Positions 27,856 to 38,153 of a stretch of DNA of 64,000 bases are shown here, piece after piece. The translations under genes and the position numbers were made by a program. The notes under the pieces are model-generated. The model saw only the letters and a list, made by a program, of their open reading frames with translations, was not told where the DNA came from and did no database searches. Positions within the stretch are counted from its first letter, which is position 1. Every line of letters starts with the position of its first letter. The DNA lies in NCBI GenBank assembly GCA_963519235.1, contig CAUQLV010000002.1, positions 64,660-128,659 of the forward strand. Reading direction: 5' to 3'. This DNA is from an uncultured Oscillospiraceae bacterium. GTDB taxonomy: Bacteria; Bacillota; Clostridia; Oscillospirales; Ruminococcaceae.

Positions 27856-28608
27856 TCATAGGCATTGACAGTCTTTGCCGCTTTTTAAGGTATCAAGGAC
27901 GGTTTTCATTCTGTCCGGATAATTGGTTATAACAGCGTAAATACCCGTCTTTGCCAAACGAGCCATTTCGTTTTCGTCGTTGACCGTCCACGCCTGTACG
28001 CCCACTCCATGGCAGTTCAGATCCCGTATGGTTTCTTCCGTCAAAAAGGAGTAATGAGCATTCAGAAAACTCCCCTTGCGGCTTGCTGTGTACCGTCCCG
28101 GTTCTTCAAGCGGTGAACTCACTAAAAATGCCACCTTAATTTCCGGAGCCAGTTGTTTGCATTTGATCATGGAACAATGATTGAAGGAAGAAAACAGCAC
28201 GCGAGAAGGCATCTGGTATTCCCGAACTGTTTCAATTACTTTTTCTTCCAGACCGGGATAGCTGCAAATTGTATTCTTCAGTTCGATGTTGGTCAGGGTG
28301 TTTTTACACCTGACCAAATCGAAATATTCCCGAAGGGTCGGAATCCGGTTGATTCCAAACTGCCCCGGAAATGCGCCGTACGCGTCGAATTTGCGCAGTT
28401 CACTCAATTTCAGCTCCCCGACAAATCCGTTTCCGTTGCAAGTCCGGTCCACGCTTTCATCATGAATCACAACTAGATGGCCGTCTCGGGTCATTTGAAC
28501 GTCAAGCTCGATGCCATCGCAGCCCGCCTCAATCGCTTTGCGGAAAGCCAGCATGGTGTTTTCCGGGTATCGGCCGCTGAACCCCCGGTGTGCAAAATTT
28601 TTCGTCAT
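27856..28608 (-). CDS. Glycerophosphodiester phosphodiesterase family protein
   Basis: FAHRGFSGRYPENT...ELDVQMTRDGHLVVIHD (GDPD motifs). Confidence 0.85.
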   Translation of the reverse strand: MTKNFAHRGFSGRYPENTMLAFRKAIEAGCDGIELDVQMTRDGHLVVIHDESVDRTCNGNGFVGELKLSELRKFDAYGAFPGQFGINRIPTLREYFDLVRCKNTLTNIELKNTICSYPGLEEKVIETVREYQMPSRVLFSSFNHCSMIKCKQLAPEIKVAFLVSSPLEEPGRYTASRKGSFLNAHYSFLTEETIRDLNCHGVGVQAWTVNDENEMARLAKTGIYAVITNYPDRMKTVLDTLKSGKDCQCL

Positions 28609-28645
28609 ACAGAAGTCCCCCTTCTCTATCTTTATCTATGATATA

Positions 28646-28687
28646 TGCAAAAACGAGCCGGTACGGAATAGTCCGTACCGGCTCGTT
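28646..28687 (-). terminator. Intrinsic terminator after the RND efflux operon
   Basis: 15-bp stem AACGAGCCGGTACGG / CCGTACCGGCTCGTT, followed on the minus strand by UUUUUGC. Confidence 0.8.
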
Positions 28688-28710
28688 CAAGAAAATGGAA
28701 AAGTTTTCGC

Positions 28711-31700
28711 TTAGTAGTCAAACCCTTGAACAGCCTCCTCCAGATCGGGAGCCGGAGGCTGGGGCAGCTCATTCTTCTTGCTGCGGTTAAACATCAGATA
28801 GAAAGTAGGAAGAAGCAGAAGCGTCAGCAGTGTGGACGCTGAAAGACCACCAATCATAACGACCGCCATGCCGCGCATCATCTCCGCGCTGGTGCCAACG
28901 CCAATTGCCATGGGCAGCATCGACAGCACAGTGGTCAGCGTGGTCATCAGAATCGGGCGCAGTCTGGTTCGGCCTGCAGTGATGAGCGCTGTTTCAATAT
29001 TCATGCTGTTGCGGTATTGGTTGGTGGTATCGACGAACAAAATACCGTTGTTGACCACCGTTCCAACCAGAGTCAGGAATCCCATCAGGGAAGGCAGACT
29101 CAGTGTCGCGTTGCAAAGATAGAGCAATCCGAATGAGCCAATCAGGCTGAACGGAACGCAAAGCATGACCATGATGGAAAATTTGGGAGATTCGAACTGC
29201 ATGGCCATTACCATAAAGACCAGCAGGATTGCGACAAGAATCGCAAATCCAAGCGACTGGAATTCTTCCATCATGCTTTCGTCTGTATCACCCTGCGAAA
29301 CCTCCACATTATCCGGAAGCGCAAGCGCCTTTACGGAAGCTGTGATTTCTTCTTTCGCGGTAAATTTAGCCGCAAGGGTGGGCTGACCGGAAACAGACAC
29401 CATATACTGATTGTTATTTCGGTCAATGCTCTGCGGGCTGTCGGAATATTCAATCGTGGCGACATCCATCAGCGGAACCTGCTGACCAATCTGGTTAGTG
29501 AGGATCAACCCTCTCAGATCGTTAATCGTCTTGTAACGATCCTTGGGATATTCCACCCAGATATCATATTCCTGCCCACTCTCATTCAAAGTGGCGGCGT
29601 TTTTGCCGCTGAGCGTGGAATTGACTGCACCGGCAATCTGCATGGGCGAGAGCCTTTTGGCCGATGCACGCATGGTATCAATCTTTACTTTTGCCTGTGG
29701 GCTGCCTTTTGTTGCGCTGGAAGAAACGCTGAGAATCTGTTCATTATCGCGCATGACCTTTTCAACCTGAACAGCTGCTGCTTTCAGATCGTCCAGATTG
29801 CTGCCTTCGAGAATAATATCAATGCCGCCGCTGGAACCCATGGAGCCCATGGAATCACTGGAGGATGTGACAGTAATATTGCAGTCAAGCATATCGCTCG
29901 TTTTTTTCCGCCAGGCCTCTACGACCTCGGCTGTTGTCATTTTGCGGTCGCTGCGCAGGTATGCGGTGAGCGAGGCGTTGGTATTTCCGGTCATCATGGA
30001 GTTCATGCCGGATCCCCCGCCCGTGACAGAATAGTTTTCTACATCAGGGTTGCTTGCGGCCAGCGATTCGATCTCAGCGCAAACTTCGCTGATGCGGCTC
30101 AGCTGCAAACCGGGACGTGTTTCAATTTCAACCTTTACGATTCCCTCGTCCACCTGGGGCATCAGTTCCATGTTAATCTGTGGGACGAGCGCGATGGAAC
30201 CGACCAAAAGAACAACAGCGGTTACAACCACCAGAATTTTGTGCGGGAGGATGCGTTTGATCAGATTTCCGTAAGAAATCTCCACTTGATGCATAAAGCG
30301 GTTAAAGGGGGCTTCCCGTTTCTCTTGTGGTTTAAAAATGGAGAAGAAAAGGGGAACCAATGTCAATGCGCAAATGAGCGAAGCGGTCAGTGAAAAGATG
30401 ATCGTAAAGCCCAACTGGCGGAACAGCTGGCCGGAAATGCCTTTCATCAAGCTGATGGGCAGGAACACGACCACCGTTGTAATAGTGGATGCCACAATTG
30501 AGGAAGCGACAAACCCTGTGCCCTCCAGGGCAACCTGTTTATAATCCTGCTTTTCGCCGACGCTTCTTCTGAAGCAGCTTTCAATAACGACAATCGAGCT
30601 GTCCACCATCATGCCGACGCCGACGACCATGCCGCCAAGCGATACGATGTTCAGCGAAAAGCCCATGGCATACATGAGTATCAGCGTTACAAGCAGGGAG
30701 ATTGGCATGGAACTGCCGACAATCAGGGATGCTTTCAGATCGCCGAAGAACAGGAACAATACAACCATCGACAACAGGATGCCAAGCAGCAGGGTACTGA
30801 ATACGGCCTTCACGGAATTGACAATCATTTCGCTGTTGTCGTCAATTACATTGAGCTGTACGCCCATATCTGCCTTGTTGATTTTATCCATCTGCTTGAT
30901 CACAGCTTTGGAAACGCTCAGTGTGGATGCACTTTGACGTTTCTGAATAGTTACAGTTACGTCGTCCTGCCCGTTATAGCGGCTCAAAGACTCCGCTTCC
31001 TTGGTAGAACGGGAGACCAATGCCACATCCGACAGGTGGATGACCTTACCGGAAGAAAGGGTAATCGATATATTGCGAAGCGACTCCGCCGAATCATAAG
31101 AGACGCCGGTGCGCACGGCAAGATTTTGGCTGCCCATATCCGCGTCGCCGCCCGGAATAGAGAAATCCGCGTTGGATACAGCGCTGATAATCGAATCCAT
31201 TGTCAGCCCATACTGACGCAGACGGTCATCCATCAGCCGGACACTGACATACTTGTCGTTGCCGCCGTATATCTGGACGCTGGCGACGCCAGCCAGCTTT
31301 TCAAATTCCGGGGTAATTTCATCATCAATAAAGTTTTTCAGATTAATGTCACCTGTCGCTGAAGCGGACAGGATAATGGAGGGCATCGCATTGACATCCA
31401 TCTCAATGATCATCGGGTCCAGCGCGTCATCCGGCAGGGTGTTCCGATACATATTGACCTTTTCCTGCAAGTCCATGTGTGCAACATCCATGTTTGTGCC
31501 GTATTCCATTTCAAGAATGACCATGGACATGTTTTCCATCGAACGGGATTGAATGTTTTTCACGCCGCTGATCGTGGATACTGCGTCTTCCACTTTTTTG
31601 GAAACCAGCTCCTCGACATCCTCAGGGCTTGCGCCGGGATAGGTTGTCAGGGTGATCAGCATTGGCAGCTCAATATCAGGGGTCAACTCCAAAGGAGACC

Positions 31701-31791
31701 GAAGAATCGCCATTGCCCCAAAAACCACCAGCGCGGCTACGATAATGATTGCGGAAACAGGCCGTTTTAAAGCCAATTTTGTTATATTCAT
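28711..31791 (-). CDS. RND family efflux transporter permease (AcrB/HAE type)
   Basis: 1026 aa with a 12-TM plus two-large-loop architecture and a typical N-terminus (MNITKLALKRPVSAIIIV). Confidence 0.9.
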   Translation of the reverse strand: MNITKLALKRPVSAIIIVAALVVFGAMAILRSPLELTPDIELPMLITLTTYPGASPEDVEELVSKKVEDAVSTISGVKNIQSRSMENMSMVILEMEYGTNMDVAHMDLQEKVNMYRNTLPDDALDPMIIEMDVNAMPSIILSASATGDINLKNFIDDEITPEFEKLAGVASVQIYGGNDKYVSVRLMDDRLRQYGLTMDSIISAVSNADFSIPGGDADMGSQNLAVRTGVSYDSAESLRNISITLSSGKVIHLSDVALVSRSTKEAESLSRYNGQDDVTVTIQKRQSASTLSVSKAVIKQMDKINKADMGVQLNVIDDNSEMIVNSVKAVFSTLLLGILLSMVVLFLFFGDLKASLIVGSSMPISLLVTLILMYAMGFSLNIVSLGGMVVGVGMMVDSSIVVIESCFRRSVGEKQDYKQVALEGTGFVASSIVASTITTVVVFLPISLMKGISGQLFRQLGFTIIFSLTASLICALTLVPLFFSIFKPQEKREAPFNRFMHQVEISYGNLIKRILPHKILVVVTAVVLLVGSIALVPQINMELMPQVDEGIVKVEIETRPGLQLSRISEVCAEIESLAASNPDVENYSVTGGGSGMNSMMTGNTNASLTAYLRSDRKMTTAEVVEAWRKKTSDMLDCNITVTSSSDSMGSMGSSGGIDIILEGSNLDDLKAAAVQVEKVMRDNEQILSVSSSATKGSPQAKVKIDTMRASAKRLSPMQIAGAVNSTLSGKNAATLNESGQEYDIWVEYPKDRYKTINDLRGLILTNQIGQQVPLMDVATIEYSDSPQSIDRNNNQYMVSVSGQPTLAAKFTAKEEITASVKALALPDNVEVSQGDTDESMMEEFQSLGFAILVAILLVFMVMAMQFESPKFSIMVMLCVPFSLIGSFGLLYLCNATLSLPSLMGFLTLVGTVVNNGILFVDTTNQYRNSMNIETALITAGRTRLRPILMTTLTTVLSMLPMAIGVGTSAEMMRGMAVVMIGGLSASTLLTLLLLPTFYLMFNRSKKNELPQPPAPDLEEAVQGFDY

Positions 31792-31805
31792 TAATTGGCC
31801 CCCCG

Positions 31806-33224
31806 TTAAGCTTCTTTGGAAGCAGATTCTGAAGAGCCGGTCTGCACGTCGGAATCCTTCAGCACAACAGCCACGCCATCAAGAAGGCGGGGATGCCATG
31901 TAGTAATGACCTCGTCGTCCGCAGTGATTCCGGAAATGATCTGAATTTGATTCATATCGGAAACGCCGGTTTCCACATCGGTTTTAACAGCGACTCCGTC
32001 CTTGTAAACATAGAGATAGGGCTTTTCTCCGTCGTAATAAACCGCATCTGCGGGAACCAGAAGACTGTTGGTCGCTTTTTCTGTGGCCGCATAGATTTTT
32101 ACAGTAGCTCCTGTAAAGAGCGGCATATCAGCTTGGCCGACGCTGGCTTTCACAGTAAAGAGCCCGCTTTGCGCGTCAACCATTGTAGAAATTTCTGTAA
32201 TCGTACCCGAGACGGTTTTTCCGTTGTTTTCCACCTGTACCTGATCGCCGACCGTGATATTGCCGACTGTTGCCTGCGAAATGCTGAACTGCACGGTCAT
32301 CAGGCTCTTGTTGGAAACAATGTAGGCAGGCTGGGAAACGGATGTAAGGTCATGTGCGGATATGTTCTTCTGCTCGACGATACCGTCGATAGGCGCATAT
32401 ACTTTGGTATATGCGAGCTGTTTTGACTGTGATTCCAGAGCCACCTCGGCGGCGCGCAGACCCGCGTCAACCGTCACCTCTGTATCGTCGCGACTGATTC
32501 CGGCTGCCTGGTCATAGGCTTCCTTGGCGGCATTGTAAGAGATCTGTGCATTCCGGTACACGGTGCGGGCGGAACGCAGGGCGGGATCGTCGTCATCCTC
32601 CAAATCTTTTACCTGCGCGTGTGCAAGGCTATACGCCTCAGATGCCTTCTTATAGTCAGCATCGTTTCCTAAGGCATCTGCAGCTTTCATATCTGCCAGT
32701 GCCTTGTCCTCCGCTTTCTGGGCGTTCAGCAGATCGTCATCAGAGTCATCATTCAAATTTTTGAGCGTACTGCGCGCGGAATTCAGCTGGGTCTGCGCGG
32801 CATTCAGCTGTGCTTTGAGCGCAATCAGGCTGGAATCGTAGCCGCTGCCCAATTTCTGCTGGGCTTCAATCCGCGACGCCTCCAGCTTTGCGGATGCGGC
32901 ATCATATGCCATCTGCAAATCGACAGGGTCAATTTCATAAAGCAGGTCGCCCGCTTTTACCTGCTGACCGATTTCAAAATAGGTGTTTAAAACAGTTCCC
33001 GATACTTTCGGGAACACCTGCACCTGCTGGTCCGGTTCCACCGTACCGATGAATTCTCCGTTCAGGGCGACATCCCCGACCTCCGGACGGCTGGCGCTGA
33101 CAGTTACCTGAGAAGCGATAACTTCGGCGACGGGTTTCGCGTTGCCCACTATGCGCACGGCAACTGCAGCCCCCGCAGCTACAACTGCAACGCAGCAAAT
33201 GGTGATGATAAGTTTTTTACTCAC
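31806..33224 (-). CDS. Efflux RND periplasmic adaptor (membrane fusion protein) with a long coiled coil
   Basis: N-terminal anchor, lipoyl-like domain (GDLLYEIDP), extended coiled coil and beta-barrel; 472 aa. Confidence 0.85.
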   Translation of the reverse strand: MSKKLIITICCVAVVAAGAAVAVRIVGNAKPVAEVIASQVTVSASRPEVGDVALNGEFIGTVEPDQQVQVFPKVSGTVLNTYFEIGQQVKAGDLLYEIDPVDLQMAYDAASAKLEASRIEAQQKLGSGYDSSLIALKAQLNAAQTQLNSARSTLKNLNDDSDDDLLNAQKAEDKALADMKAADALGNDADYKKASEAYSLAHAQVKDLEDDDDPALRSARTVYRNAQISYNAAKEAYDQAAGISRDDTEVTVDAGLRAAEVALESQSKQLAYTKVYAPIDGIVEQKNISAHDLTSVSQPAYIVSNKSLMTVQFSISQATVGNITVGDQVQVENNGKTVSGTITEISTMVDAQSGLFTVKASVGQADMPLFTGATVKIYAATEKATNSLLVPADAVYYDGEKPYLYVYKDGVAVKTDVETGVSDMNQIQIISGITADDEVITTWHPRLLDGVAVVLKDSDVQTGSSESASKEA

Positions 33225-33422
33225 AAAAAGAACCTCCTGTATCCCCTCTTATTCTTATACCAATTTATTCTAACGATTAATTATGAACCCTGTGTTTCAA
33301 TAGGTGAGAAAATAATGAACAATTTATGAACGAAAGGTATCATTTTTCCCCGTAAAAACACTTCTCATTTTCCCACATCTCTGTTAATATTAAAAAAGAC
33401 AGTCTGAAGGAGGAAAACCGCA

Positions 33423-34100
33423 ATGGGAAGTATTCTAATTGTTGACGATAATGTAAAAATCAGAAACCTGATTGACATTTATCTGCGCCGGGAAGGGTTC
33501 TCGACGCTGAAAGCGGGAGATGGCGCCGAAGTGCTGACGGTTCTGGAAACGCAGCAGGTGGACCTCATCATCGCGGATGTTATGATGCCGAATCTGGACG
33601 GGTATGGGTTACTCAGGCAGCTTCGGGAGAACAAAAATGAAATACCGGTGTTGATGGCGACGGCCAAAACAGAATTTGCCGATAAGCGCAAGGGATTTGA
33701 ACTGGGTGCCGACGATTATATGACCAAGCCCCTGGATATGGAGGAATTGGCGCTGCGGGTTCGGGCACTGCTCCGCAGAAGCAAAATTTACAGCGAAAAT
33801 CGAATTGTTATGGGAGATGTTGTTCTGGATTACAGCAGCTTGGAGGTGCGACTGCCCGAAGAAACAGTTGTCTTGCCGCAAAAGGAATTCTATCTGTTAT
33901 TTAAGCTGTTTGCCTATCCCAATCGCATTTTCACCCGGCAGGAGCTGCTCGACGATATCTGGGGGATGGATACCGATACCAGCCCGCGCGCGGTGGATGT
34001 ACATATCAAGCGGCTGCGGGAACGTTTTGAACAGGTGAAAACATTTGAAATTGTGACTATCCGGGGGCTGGGCTATAAAGGCGTCCAGCATACGACTTGA
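33423..34100 (+). CDS. OmpR-family response regulator
   Basis: Receiver domain (ILIVDDN...DLIIADVMMPNLDG) plus a winged-helix domain (VDVHIKRLRERF...IVTIRGLGYK). Confidence 0.9.
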   Translation: MGSILIVDDNVKIRNLIDIYLRREGFSTLKAGDGAEVLTVLETQQVDLIIADVMMPNLDGYGLLRQLRENKNEIPVLMATAKTEFADKRKGFELGADDYMTKPLDMEELALRVRALLRRSKIYSENRIVMGDVVLDYSSLEVRLPEETVVLPQKEFYLLFKLFAYPNRIFTRQELLDDIWGMDTDTSPRAVDVHIKRLRERFEQVKTFEIVTIRGLGYKGVQHTT

Positions 34101-35395
34101 AGCAGATTTTCGGCACGGTTTATGTAAAAGTCGTTGCCGTTATGCTGGCTGTGATCTTTATCTCCGTAGTAGTGCCGTATTCTGTATTTAACGCAAGCTA
34201 TAAAAAATATGCGGGGGACGAGATTAAGTATTATTTTATCCAAAGCATTGAAATAGCCGCCCGGTATCTTGAAGAGCACGACCTGCCCTTGGAAGACATA
34301 GAACACTTATACAGTGTCGGAACCTTTCAGGTGCTTGTGCAGCCGAATACCGACGGACTTGCTTTGACGCCGGAACAGCAAAAAACGCTGGAAACCGAAA
34401 AAGAACCGGTTTTGACCGTCTGGAAAGACGAAAAAAGGCTCTATGCGGCGGTAGCACGTTTTCAGGACAGGTACATCATTTGGAGTATTCAAACCGACGG
34501 ACTTTTTCAGAAAACACATTCCACGGGGTTGCTGGCTCTGTTTGCGTCAGTCATTATCGGCGCGTTTGTGACTGTGATAGCGGGTCGAAAAATGACCGGC
34601 CCGATACGGAAACTGAACGATGCGACCAAACGGGTGGCCGCCGGTGAATTTTCTCTGCAGCTGGAGAATCCTTATCGAGATGAAATCGGCTCCCTCATCA
34701 ACAGCTTCAACATCATGACGCGAGAACTGGAAAGCGTCGAAATGCTGCGCAGCGATTTTGTGTCCGATATTTCACATGAATTTAAAACGCCGCTGACGGC
34801 AATTGAAGGCTACGCAAAACTCTTAGTAGACGAAACGCAACCTGATGAGCGAAGAGGGTATGTCCAGATCATCACGGAGGAAACACAGCGGCTTTCTACG
34901 CTTGCGCAGAACATCCTGACCTTGAACAAGCTGGAAAAAGGAAATATTCCGGTGCAGCGGGGAAGGGTCTGCATTGATGAGCAGATTCGGCGCGTTTTGA
35001 CGCTCTGTGAGCCAAAGTGGAGCGCCAAACGTCTGGAGCTGGAGCTTGAACTGGACGAGGCGGAGATAGAGGGATTAGAACCGCTGCTCATGCAGGTGTG
35101 GACAAACCTGATTGATAACGCGATCAAGTTTTCTTCAGAAGGCAAAAAAATATGGGTTACACTCGTTCATGCAGACGGACATACCGTATTCCGGATTCAG
35201 GATGAAGGCCCCGGAATCCCGGACTGCGACTGCAACCATATTTTTGAAAAGTTTTATAAAGGGGACAAATCCCGCGGCGGCGACGGCAACGGCCTGGGAC
35301 TTTCGATTGTGCGGCGTGTGGTGGAAATACATGGCGGGACGATTTCAGTGGAGAGCCGGGAACAGGGTGGAACGTGCTTTACAGTTGTCCTGTAA
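34097..35395 (+). CDS. Sensor histidine kinase (HAMP-HisKA-HATPase)
   Basis: H-box FVSDISHEFKTPLTAI, N-box NLIDNAIKFS, G-boxes DEGPGIP and GNGLGLSIV. 4-nt overlap with the response regulator gene. Confidence 0.9.
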   Translation: MKQIFGTVYVKVVAVMLAVIFISVVVPYSVFNASYKKYAGDEIKYYFIQSIEIAARYLEEHDLPLEDIEHLYSVGTFQVLVQPNTDGLALTPEQQKTLETEKEPVLTVWKDEKRLYAAVARFQDRYIIWSIQTDGLFQKTHSTGLLALFASVIIGAFVTVIAGRKMTGPIRKLNDATKRVAAGEFSLQLENPYRDEIGSLINSFNIMTRELESVEMLRSDFVSDISHEFKTPLTAIEGYAKLLVDETQPDERRGYVQIITEETQRLSTLAQNILTLNKLEKGNIPVQRGRVCIDEQIRRVLTLCEPKWSAKRLELELELDEAEIEGLEPLLMQVWTNLIDNAIKFSSEGKKIWVTLVHADGHTVFRIQDEGPGIPDCDCNHIFEKFYKGDKSRGGDGNGLGLSIVRRVVEIHGGTISVESREQGGTCFTVVL

Positions 35396-35473
35396 TGCTT
35401 TCCATTTCAAAAAGTATATGCTATAATATTTGGGTTGTATGACGCAAGTTTAAAACAATGGGAGTCTTAGTAA

Positions 35474-36193
35474 TTGGAGAAAAAACAGGCATTTTTGAAA
35501 GGCCTGAAGGATGGAATCCCGATTTGTCTGGGATATCTTTCGGTTTCCTTTACGTTTGGGATGATGACGGCCGAAAACGGGCTGCCATACTGGATTTCGC
35601 TGCTCATTTCCATGACCAACCTGACCTCTGCAGGGCAGTTTGCGGGAACCGCGCTGATCCTTTCGGGCGGCGCGTTTGTGGAAATCGCTGTCACGACCTT
35701 TGTCATCAATATCCGCTATATGCTGATGTCCCTTTCGCTTGCCCAGAAAGCCGACCCCGCAATGTCTGCCGGCCAGAGGCTTCTGCTTTCGTTTGGGATT
35801 ACAGATGAAATATTTGCTGTGGGCGTTCAGCAGCCGGGGCTGCTGACAGCCCCTTATCTTGCCGGGCTGATTTTTACCCCTTATTGGGGCTGGACTCTGG
35901 GCACTCTGCTGGGCGCGACCGCCACAGGCCTGCTTCCTGCGGCACTGCGCAGCGCGCTCGGTGTGGCAATTTACGGAATGTTTCTCGCGATTATCATTCC
36001 CCCGGCCAGAAAGGTGCGGCCGGTGGCAATCACCATTGTCATTGCGGCGGTTATGAGCTGCATCTTCCGTTACACGCCAGTGCTGAACCGAATTTCGAGC
36101 GGGTGGGTAATTATCCTGTGCGCCGTGGCGGCCGCCGGTTTTTCCGCCCTGCGCTATCCTGTCGGGGATACGGGAGAGGAGGATGCACGGTGA
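35474..36193 (+). CDS. azlC: AzlC family branched-chain amino acid exporter subunit
   Basis: FLKGLKDGIPICLGYLSVSFTFG...NIRYMLMS; TTG start. Confidence 0.8.
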   Translation: MEKKQAFLKGLKDGIPICLGYLSVSFTFGMMTAENGLPYWISLLISMTNLTSAGQFAGTALILSGGAFVEIAVTTFVINIRYMLMSLSLAQKADPAMSAGQRLLLSFGITDEIFAVGVQQPGLLTAPYLAGLIFTPYWGWTLGTLLGATATGLLPAALRSALGVAIYGMFLAIIIPPARKVRPVAITIVIAAVMSCIFRYTPVLNRISSGWVIILCAVAAAGFSALRYPVGDTGEEDAR

Positions 36194-36510
36194 ATCTGCC
36201 TTATATTTTGACGGCCATTTTTGTGATGGCTCTGGTTACGTACATTCCACGCATGCTTCCTCTGGTTTTTATGAAGCGCAAGATACAAAACCGCTTTGTA
36301 AAATCGCTGCTTGAATATGTTCCCTACGCGGTGCTGGCGGCTATGACGATTCCCGACATCCTCTACGCGACATCTGGTATCGTGTCCGCACTCATCGGGC
36401 TGGCAGCCGCCCTGGTTCTCGCCTACTCCGGAAAAGGGCTTGTGACAGTGGCCCTGGGCTCCACAGCTGCGGTGTTCCTTACGGAACAGGCTGTGCGGCT
36501 GTTTCATTAG
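36190..36510 (+). CDS. azlD: AzlD family branched-chain amino acid exporter small subunit
   Basis: A GTG at 36190 overlaps the azlC stop. 106-aa hydrophobic protein (LPYILTAIFVMALVTYIPRMLPLVFMK). The longer track ORF 35884..36510 is an artefactual extension. Confidence 0.75.
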   Translation: MNLPYILTAIFVMALVTYIPRMLPLVFMKRKIQNRFVKSLLEYVPYAVLAAMTIPDILYATSGIVSALIGLAAALVLAYSGKGLVTVALGSTAAVFLTEQAVRLFH

Positions 36511-36513
36511 AAT

Positions 36514-36549
36514 AAAAGACCGGTGCGGGCCTCCCGCACCGGTGTTTTT
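36514..36549. terminator. Bidirectional intrinsic terminator (azlCD / ECF S-component)
   Basis: aaaagACCGGTGCGGGcctCCCGCACCGGTgttttt. Confidence 0.8.
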
Positions 36550-36551
36550 AT

Positions 36552-37190
36552 CTATTGATTGGACTGAAAAAACCTGCGCAGCGGCGGTATGATCGCGGCG
36601 CTGATGACCACTGCGACAAATGCCTCCGCAAGCCCGTTGGTAAATACGACAGTCATAATAAATTTTGAAAGGCTTTCAAAAGCCATCTGCTTCGCGGCGG
36701 CGTATTCCTGCCCGAACAGCAGGTAGATTCCGCCCATGACCAGGCCTGTGTTGACGGCGGACCCGGCAAACGCGGCGATTCCGGCCACAATGCGGACGTT
36801 TGCCGTTTTGGTTTCAGCACGAACGAAGGCTTTGAAAATGATCCCTGTGACTACGCCGATCAAAATGCGGGGAACAAGCGCAACGAGCAGCGCTTTAATG
36901 CTGCCCGAGCCGGTCCCGGGAACGGCGATCAAGGGCGAAAAAACAAACGAAACCAGAGAAGGTTCCATGGTATTTTTGATAATACTGGTGATGCCGAACA
37001 CCGCGCCGAGGATTCCACCGGCTTTTGGTCCCAGAAGAATTGCGCCGATAATCACCGGAATATGCACCGTTGTGGCTTTGATCACCACCAGCGGGATATA
37101 CCCCAGAAACGGCACAAACGCGACGACAGCCACGATAGCCGCCATAAGGCCGACCTGTACAAGGTAGCGGGTTTCTGATTGACTTTTCAC
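36552..37190 (-). CDS. ECF transporter S component (substrate probably pantothenate, judged from linkage to coaX)
   Basis: 212-aa, roughly 6-TM protein with an ECF-S-like pattern. It lies immediately downstream of coaX on the same strand. Confidence 0.65.
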   Translation of the reverse strand: MKSQSETRYLVQVGLMAAIVAVVAFVPFLGYIPLVVIKATTVHIPVIIGAILLGPKAGGILGAVFGITSIIKNTMEPSLVSFVFSPLIAVPGTGSGSIKALLVALVPRILIGVVTGIIFKAFVRAETKTANVRIVAGIAAFAGSAVNTGLVMGGIYLLFGQEYAAAKQMAFESLSKFIMTVVFTNGLAEAFVAVVISAAIIPPLRRFFQSNQ

Positions 37191-37246
37191 AAAAAATTCC
37201 TCCTGCTGTCACTCCCGCAAAACGGGATGTAACGCTTATTAGGAAA

Positions 37247-38020
37247 CTACCGGTTTTTTTGATACAGGAGCCGCAGCCCGTCATGCAGCAGGCGGGGACG
37301 GCACAGAACCGTATGGCTGCAGAGCGGCGCAAGCACACCGGCAAGTTCGCCGGTCGCGGCAACAGACGCGCTTTCCCCAAGCTCGGCTATGTAACGCGCG
37401 GTCATGCCGTCCAGCATGGAAATGGTGCCGTACAGTGCGCCGGATTTGATCGCATCCACCGTTCCGCGCCCAATCAGCGGCGCATGCGGGTCGAAAGAAA
37501 CCAACGGGAGTTGGGCGGAGCTTTGGCACAAATGCTCCAGCGCGCTTTCCACGCCGGGCAAAACCGAGCGGCCGATCAGTACGCCGTTTTTATCAATCGC
37601 GGAGAACGTGGTGGCGCCCGCCAGATTGATTACGACGAGCGGCGGCGCAAATTCGTGCAGCGCCCCAATGGCTGTGGCGATAAAATCCGAGCCCACCATT
37701 CCCGCGCTGTCCACGCGAAGGTTCAGCCCTGTCCGGATGCCTGCGCCGACCACCAGAACTTTTCCCGCCGCCAGTTGCCCGACCGCGCACTGCGCGGTGT
37801 GGGTGAGGGACGGTACCACGGAGGAGATCACGGCGCCTTCAATGGCGTCCGTGTCAATTCCACGAAAAGAAAGAACTGCGTGCATCGCCGCGGCAAGCTG
37901 GTCCGCCGTTGCAAGTGGGTCGGTTCCGATGGAAGTGTACACCGTCTGCTCTTCGCCGTCATACACGGCAAGCGAGAGAATACGGTTGTCGATATGGACG
38001 GTCAGTATCACAGCATACAC
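37247..38020 (-). CDS. coaX: Type III pantothenate kinase
   Basis: ILTVHIDNRILSLAV...VINLAGATTF...GPGI-like ASKHA fold motifs; 257 aa. Confidence 0.85.
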   Translation of the reverse strand: MYAVILTVHIDNRILSLAVYDGEEQTVYTSIGTDPLATADQLAAAMHAVLSFRGIDTDAIEGAVISSVVPSLTHTAQCAVGQLAAGKVLVVGAGIRTGLNLRVDSAGMVGSDFIATAIGALHEFAPPLVVINLAGATTFSAIDKNGVLIGRSVLPGVESALEHLCQSSAQLPLVSFDPHAPLIGRGTVDAIKSGALYGTISMLDGMTARYIAELGESASVAATGELAGVLAPLCSHTVLCRPRLLHDGLRLLYQKNR

Positions 38021-38153
38021 CTCCTGATAAAATTGACCGGATTTCCTGCTTTTATGATACCCTGCGGGGCAGCTGCTGTCAATGGATGAATGATTTTCAT
38101 AAAAAGCGGCTAACTTCTATTTACTTGGTCTAAAATATGATATACTGGGACAT

